From an uncultured virus (IMG/VR IMGVR_UViG_3300008339_000034) (Duplodnaviria; Heunggongvirae; Uroviricota; Caudoviricetes), in IMG/VR virus record IMGVR_UViG_3300008339_000034: 20,000 bases of DNA; one strand, given 5' to 3'. The notes beneath the pieces were generated by a model. The model did no database searches. It was given only the letters and a program-made list of their open reading frames with translations, and was not told where the DNA came from. This document shows positions 15,289 through 20,000 of the stretch, in pieces (within the stretch, counting starts at the first letter, position 1; each line of letters opens with the position of its first letter). A program made the translations under genes and the position numbers.

Positions 15289-15813
15289 ATGAAAAACACA
15301 TATTTTAAACTAACTGATGACCTTAAGTTAAAGAAAGTCAGTAATCTCGGCATTGTAGCTAAATTTTCCTTGCTACTAAATTTTGTATTTGTAATTATTA
15401 TTTGTGTATTAATTGCAAAAGAACCAAGCATTCGTAAAATACATACACACACTACCGACACAATCACTATCGGAGATGTATCAATGACTGACAGTTCTAT
15501 TCTAAAAGAACTGGTAAAACACAAGTGTGTCTTACCTTCTATTGCCATAGCTCAAGCTAGAATTGAGTCAGGCAACTACAAATCACAGGTTTGTAAGCAA
15601 AACAAAAATCTGTTTGGTATCAAGTGGCACAAGTGTGAGTTTGTAGCAGGAGAGCATCTTAACCATGCAAGTTATAAGTCCTTTAAAGATAACATTAGAT
15701 GTTATATTCACATACAAAATCGTTATCTTCGTAATATAGATGGTAGATACGCTGAAGCAGGTAATTACGTAGCTATCTTAAAAGGAATGACCAAACATGA
15801 GTCAGGAAATTAG
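15289..15813 (+). CDS. Membrane-anchored GH73 glucosaminidase-family peptidoglycan hydrolase
   Basis: N-terminal TM; IAQARIESG...NLFGIK...YKSFKDNIRCY...RYAEAGNY motifs. Confidence 0.8.
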   Translation: MKNTYFKLTDDLKLKKVSNLGIVAKFSLLLNFVFVIIICVLIAKEPSIRKIHTHTTDTITIGDVSMTDSSILKELVKHKCVLPSIAIAQARIESGNYKSQVCKQNKNLFGIKWHKCEFVAGEHLNHASYKSFKDNIRCYIHIQNRYLRNIDGRYAEAGNYVAILKGMTKHESGN

Positions 15814-16924
15814 AGAAAGAATTCAGAAAGAAGCACTAGATGCAGTCTTGTCATCAAGAAGGGCAGGACTGCATGTTAGTATGGGTGTAGGTAAGACTTA
15901 TATAGGTCTACAGTACATCAACAAATTTGGTGGTAAGGTATTAGTAGCGGCTCCCAAGCTTACAATCTTTGAGTCGTGGAAGAACGATGCAGCAAAGTTT
16001 GGATTAGAGTACTTGTTACAAAGTATAACCTTTACAAGTTATATCTCCTTAACAAAACATAATCCAAAAGATTATGACATTGTAATTCTAGACGAAGCAC
16101 ACAATACCAAGAGTTCTCACGATGAGTTCTTAGGTAACTTTACAGGAAGAATACTAGGACTTACAGGTACACCTCCAAAGTACACCTATGGAGAGAAAGG
16201 ACAGATGATGGAGCAGTACTATCCCATTAAGTATACTTATGGTGTAGACGAGGCTGTAGGTGAAGAGATTCTAAACGACTATAGAATCTTTGTTCATACA
16301 TTACCTTTAGGTACAGCAAACAACATACAAGTAGGGAAGGGAAATAAAACTTTTCTTACAAGTGAAGCTAAGAACTATAGCTGGTTGCAGAGTCAGATTC
16401 AATCTGCAGTAAGCGACAAGCAAGTGTTTATGAAGCGTATCTTCCTTCTAAATGCCCTTAAACAGTTCAAGACTAAGTTGTTCTTTACCGATTTCATATC
16501 TAAACGAGTACCTCCCACTGAAAAGTGCTTACTATTTGCCAATACTACAGAACAAGCTGATGCTATCTGTCAGTATTCTCACCACTCCAAGAACTCTAAA
16601 ACAGTTAATGAGATTAACCTACAGAAGTTTGCTAGTGGTGAAGTAACTAGATTAAGTGCAGTAGAACAACTCAGTGAGGGTGTTACTGTACCTAATCTAA
16701 AACACATTGTTATCATGCACTCTTATGGTAACGAGAAGAAAGCTTCCCAGAAAATCGGCCGTGCACTTCGTCTAAACAAAGATGAAGTAGCAGCAGTACA
16801 TGTATTGTGCTTCAAGAACACGGTAGACGAAACCTGGGTAGCAAAATCATTAGAGGACTTTGACATAAGTAAAATAAAATGGATAGATTGGACATTGCAA
16901 GGCAACCAATTCGTGAAGTTGTAA
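15797..16924 (+). CDS. Superfamily 2 (DExH) helicase
   Basis: Walker A SMGVGKT, ILDEAH, GLTGT, LSEGVTVP, QKIGRALR. Confidence 0.9.
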   Translation: MSQEIRERIQKEALDAVLSSRRAGLHVSMGVGKTYIGLQYINKFGGKVLVAAPKLTIFESWKNDAAKFGLEYLLQSITFTSYISLTKHNPKDYDIVILDEAHNTKSSHDEFLGNFTGRILGLTGTPPKYTYGEKGQMMEQYYPIKYTYGVDEAVGEEILNDYRIFVHTLPLGTANNIQVGKGNKTFLTSEAKNYSWLQSQIQSAVSDKQVFMKRIFLLNALKQFKTKLFFTDFISKRVPPTEKCLLFANTTEQADAICQYSHHSKNSKTVNEINLQKFASGEVTRLSAVEQLSEGVTVPNLKHIVIMHSYGNEKKASQKIGRALRLNKDEVAAVHVLCFKNTVDETWVAKSLEDFDISKIKWIDWTLQGNQFVKL

Positions 16925-17760
16925 GAAAAACATTTGACATACGGCCTAGCGGAAGATCGACTGACTTCATTAGTCCTTCTTTCGGCTATGGCTGTTTGTT
17001 CAACTGTTCCTACTGCTACATGAAAAGACACCAGCCTGATGGATTAACAGTGGCAACCAATATCAATGATATACTAACAGAGATAAACAACCACTGCACT
17101 TTTGCCGTAGTAGATAAGCCTAACCAAACACATGATGAGTATATAACGTATGACATCTCTTGTAATGAAGATTTTGCGTTACATCTTAGGTATTATCCTT
17201 GGCAGTACATTCTACAGTTCTTCAAAGAACATCCTAAAGCTATGGCTTCATTTGCTACCAAGTATGTAAACAATAAACTACTTGAGTTCAACCCTGAAGG
17301 TAAAGTTAGAGTTAGGTTTTCTTTGATGCCTCAGTACTATGCAGATCTTTTAGAGCCAAATACCAGTCCTATACTTGATCGGATAAAAGCGATAGACCGA
17401 TTTATAGAAGCAGGTTATGACGTTCACATCAACTTTTCTCCAATTATAGTACACGATAGATGGTTAGAACACTACGAGTATCTATTCAAACAAGTAGAAG
17501 AGCATGTAAAGTACAAAGATTTAGTTAAAGCTGAGGTTATCTTCCTCACACACAATGAGGGTAAACATCAGCACAACCTTATGTATGGAACTAAAGGAGA
17601 GTATCTCTTGTGGCAACCTGAGATACAAGAAAACAAGATAAGTCAATACGGAGGTAAGAACATTCGTTACCGACACGACTTAAAGGCTAAGTACATCAAA
17701 CAATGGACTGAGTTACACGACCAGTTCATTCCTTGGAACACAATAAGATACATATTCTAA
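16879..17760 (+). CDS. Spore photoproduct lyase-family radical SAM protein
   Basis: GCLFNCSYCY (CxxxCxxC), FATKYVN, RVRFSL, HINFSPII; exact start uncertain. Confidence 0.8.
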   Translation: MDRLDIARQPIREVVRKTFDIRPSGRSTDFISPSFGYGCLFNCSYCYMKRHQPDGLTVATNINDILTEINNHCTFAVVDKPNQTHDEYITYDISCNEDFALHLRYYPWQYILQFFKEHPKAMASFATKYVNNKLLEFNPEGKVRVRFSLMPQYYADLLEPNTSPILDRIKAIDRFIEAGYDVHINFSPIIVHDRWLEHYEYLFKQVEEHVKYKDLVKAEVIFLTHNEGKHQHNLMYGTKGEYLLWQPEIQENKISQYGGKNIRYRHDLKAKYIKQWTELHDQFIPWNTIRYIF

Positions 17761-18161
17761 TGGATTTATTAGTAACACACCCAGTAAAGAAGTCTGATTT
17801 AGGCTTCCACGGTAATCTTTTTGGTGGTAAACTCCTTGCATGGGTAGACGCAGCATTAGCCGCCTATGCAATGGAGAAATGCCATACTCAAAACATGATT
17901 ACAATTTCACTAGATCAGTGCGTATTCAAGAAACCAGCCAAAGAGAAACACCTGGTTAAGATTTACGCCCAAATGATTAAAATAGGTAACACTTCAGCTA
18001 CTTTTCGAGTAGAAGCAAGAGCATACAATGTATTTAGAGAAGACGAAGTTATTCTTTTGCAGACCTGTATGACTTTTGTAAGAGTAGATGAAGAAGGAGA
18101 GCCTATTCCTATTTCTAAGCAAGTAAAAGAAACCTTTAACCCACCAGATTCAAAACTATGA
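17760..18161 (+). CDS. Acyl-CoA thioesterase (hotdog fold, YciA-like)
   Basis: HGNLFGGKLLAWVD, FKKP, IGNTS, MTFVRVDEEGEP; ATG 17760 via TAATG overlap. Confidence 0.88.
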   Translation: MDLLVTHPVKKSDLGFHGNLFGGKLLAWVDAALAAYAMEKCHTQNMITISLDQCVFKKPAKEKHLVKIYAQMIKIGNTSATFRVEARAYNVFREDEVILLQTCMTFVRVDEEGEPIPISKQVKETFNPPDSKL

Positions 18162-18493
18162 ACGAGGAATTAGAATTTTTCGACCACGATGTTACAGCCA
18201 ATGTAACTACACTTCTTACAAAGTATCCAAAAACTAAAGATGATGACATGTTTTTGGTAGCTACCTACTACTATAAGTATTACCCTAATCTAGCTAAACG
18301 TTCAGCACTAGACTTCATAAAAGCTATGGCAGAAGGTAGATTGGTTTCCTCTGATTTAATTACCCGCACAAGAAGAAAGTTGCAGGAGCATAACCCAGAA
18401 CTAAGAGGAACCAAGTGGAAGGAAAGACACCAGAAACAAAGTGAAGTTAAGTCAGACTTAAGAAAAGTAGATCAATTTAGAAACTCAATATAA
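18158..18493 (+). CDS. Phage hypothetical protein (111 aa)
   Basis: ATGA-coupled ORF. Confidence 0.75.
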   Translation: MNEELEFFDHDVTANVTTLLTKYPKTKDDDMFLVATYYYKYYPNLAKRSALDFIKAMAEGRLVSSDLITRTRRKLQEHNPELRGTKWKERHQKQSEVKSDLRKVDQFRNSI

Positions 18494-18502
18494 AAACCAA
18501 TT

Positions 18503-18964
18503 ATGAAAAACTTATTAATTATCGCCTTTTTACTTGTCTCTAACTTAAGTTACGGACAATGGGTAGCCAAAACAATCAACAACAACTTAGATGAGCCTTA
18601 TAAGATAGCTTACTGTCCATCAACAGATAAGAAAGCAATTCTTAAACTTGAACTGGTAGGTACAGAACTAGCCTTTTACATAACTGGTAGTTATTTCTGT
18701 GACGAAGAACTTTCAGTAGATGTAGCCCTAATTGTTAACGGAGAATCTAAACGCTATCATTTTTTATCTTCAAAGTCAAGTGACAACACCACTGTATTTT
18801 TAGTAGATGACATTCTTAGTCTAGTTCAACAAGAGTTCTTAGCTGACTTTAAGAAATGCTCTTCTGCTATAGTAAGAGTTAACGAAAGCCACTGCACTAC
18901 TGATATATATAAGTTTACAATGAGTGGTTCTACTAACGCTATTAATGTAATGTCTAAACCATGA
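18503..18964 (+). CDS. Secreted hypothetical protein
   Basis: Signal MKNLLIIAFLLVSNLSYG-Q; A-rich leader. Confidence 0.75.
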   Translation: MKNLLIIAFLLVSNLSYGQWVAKTINNNLDEPYKIAYCPSTDKKAILKLELVGTELAFYITGSYFCDEELSVDVALIVNGESKRYHFLSSKSSDNTTVFLVDDILSLVQQEFLADFKKCSSAIVRVNESHCTTDIYKFTMSGSTNAINVMSKP

Positions 18965-19245
18965 AACTTAAACTAAGACTAATAGCAATCTTTGTAATTG
19001 TAATCCTATTCTCATTCATTCCAGAGACATTCCCAGACTTCTTCGGAGACTGGGTTTGTCAAGGGGGTAAAATTGTTGGGGTCAAAAAAGGATATTATGA
19101 AATACAAGGATGTTCCTATGGAGAAGCTCTAGAACACATGCCTACTACACATTGGGGCTTCAGACATTGGATGTGGACACTGTGTGGCGTAACGCTGTTC
19201 GTTTGGAATGTAGTAGAACTAATTGATAAGAAATACAGACTATGA
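18961..19245 (+). CDS. Two-TM membrane protein
   Basis: Hydrophobic ends flanking a Cys-containing loop; ATGA coupling. Confidence 0.7.
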   Translation: MKLKLRLIAIFVIVILFSFIPETFPDFFGDWVCQGGKIVGVKKGYYEIQGCSYGEALEHMPTTHWGFRHWMWTLCGVTLFVWNVVELIDKKYRL

Positions 19246-19598
19246 CAAACAATAAACAACAAACACCACACGGGTTTTGTGAAACCCCAGAACAAAAATG
19301 TACAATGAATTATTGTGATGAAAACGGATGTCAAAATAGAAAAAGAACTTTGGCAGAACCTATTGAGATGACAGATAATAAAGAACAAACGGCAGTACAA
19401 CTAATTATTCAAGCCTTGGACATTGAATGCAAATCAAGAGGAATGAATGTAAATTGGGATATGTATTTAGAAACGGAGAAAGAAAGAATTGAAACTGCAT
19501 ACAACAAAGGAACAGTTCATGGAATTGATTATCCTGAAAGTGCACTACCATTAACTGGTGAACAATACTACGAAAAAACATACGGAGGTAACAAATGA
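19242..19598 (+). CDS. Modular hypothetical protein with 4-Cys N-terminal module
   Basis: FCETPEQKCTMNYCDENGC; internal repeat of the start peptide (MTDNKEQTAV). Confidence 0.7.
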   Translation: MTNNKQQTPHGFCETPEQKCTMNYCDENGCQNRKRTLAEPIEMTDNKEQTAVQLIIQALDIECKSRGMNVNWDMYLETEKERIETAYNKGTVHGIDYPESALPLTGEQYYEKTYGGNK

Positions 19599-19831
19599 AA
19601 CTATACACAGAAGAACAGGTTAAAGAGATATATTTTAAAGGGGTACATAATGGTAGACTTCATATTGAGGGGAAATGTAGTGATGAAGTTGAATTGTTAA
19701 TCCCCATCGAACTACCAAGTGATGAGGAGATAAAAAAAGAATTTGATGTAGATGAATTTGACCCTTATGATTTAGCATACTTGGGTGGTGCTATTTGGAT
19801 GCGTAATAAAATACAAGGAGGTGAGCAATGA
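19595..19831 (+). CDS. Hypothetical protein (78 aa)
   Basis: ATGA-coupled ORF with GGAGG upstream. Confidence 0.7.
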   Translation: MKLYTEEQVKEIYFKGVHNGRLHIEGKCSDEVELLIPIELPSDEEIKKEFDVDEFDPYDLAYLGGAIWMRNKIQGGEQ

Positions 19832-20000
19832 ACGACAAAATAAAAAAACTCCTTGAAAATGCCGAGCAATCTGATGCAATAGCAATAAACAAATGGCGTA
19901 TTGAAAACCGAGAACAACGAAGAGAACAAAGAAAAAAAGAACTTAAAGAACTTATGGAAAAAGAAAAAACAATGAGCAACAATAAACAGAGTAGCGTAGA
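19828..20000 (+). CDS. Hypothetical protein (runs off window edge), not in ORF track
   Basis: MNDKIKKLLENAEQSDAIAINKWRIENREQ...KTMSNNKQSSV; ATGA coupling, GGAGG upstream. Confidence 0.7.
   Translation, partial: MNDKIKKLLENAEQSDAIAINKWRIENREQRREQRKKELKELMEKEKTMSNNKQSSV

Noticed and set aside
8703..19982. Minus-strand and off-frame ORFs in the right half (e.g. 8703-9074, 9623-9838, 10061-10426, 11742-12050)
   Set aside because: They overlap better-supported plus-strand genes or cross terminators and motifs.
1..20000. Stop-codon reassignment
   Set aside because: Genes are intact in the standard code; TAA, TAG and TGA all occur as stops at couplings or hairpins; no suppressor tRNA seen.

Overview
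Segment of a large dsDNA phage genome, probably infecting a Bacteroidota host (TAnnTTTG promoters, signal peptides cleaved before Gln). 1-7548 (minus strand) is a late module: a tail-fibre-like protein, two tandem paralogous ~590-aa adhesin-like proteins, a holin-like protein, a YkuD-like putative lysin, a secreted HExxH protein and a secreted cohesin-like protein. After a divergent region and a GC-rich palindromic stretch (~8540-8650), the plus strand carries small early-type genes. Most are one-gene units: a hairpin, a pyrimidine-rich motif with fixed spacing (TTTWTTCT-N10-purine), then a start codon at +1 or +4, suggesting a phage-specific promoter and leaderless mRNAs. Among them are an SSB-like gene, a second repeat (ATCTTAMGNNCTAAYYA), and a non-coding cluster with tRNA-Glu, an anticodon-less tRNA-like RNA, a ~195-nt multi-stem RNA and a ~420-nt fold-back. 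The right end has ParB-like, GH73, SF2 helicase, spore-photoproduct-lyase-like and thioesterase genes plus modular hypotheticals. All calls come from reading motifs by eye; no searches were run.
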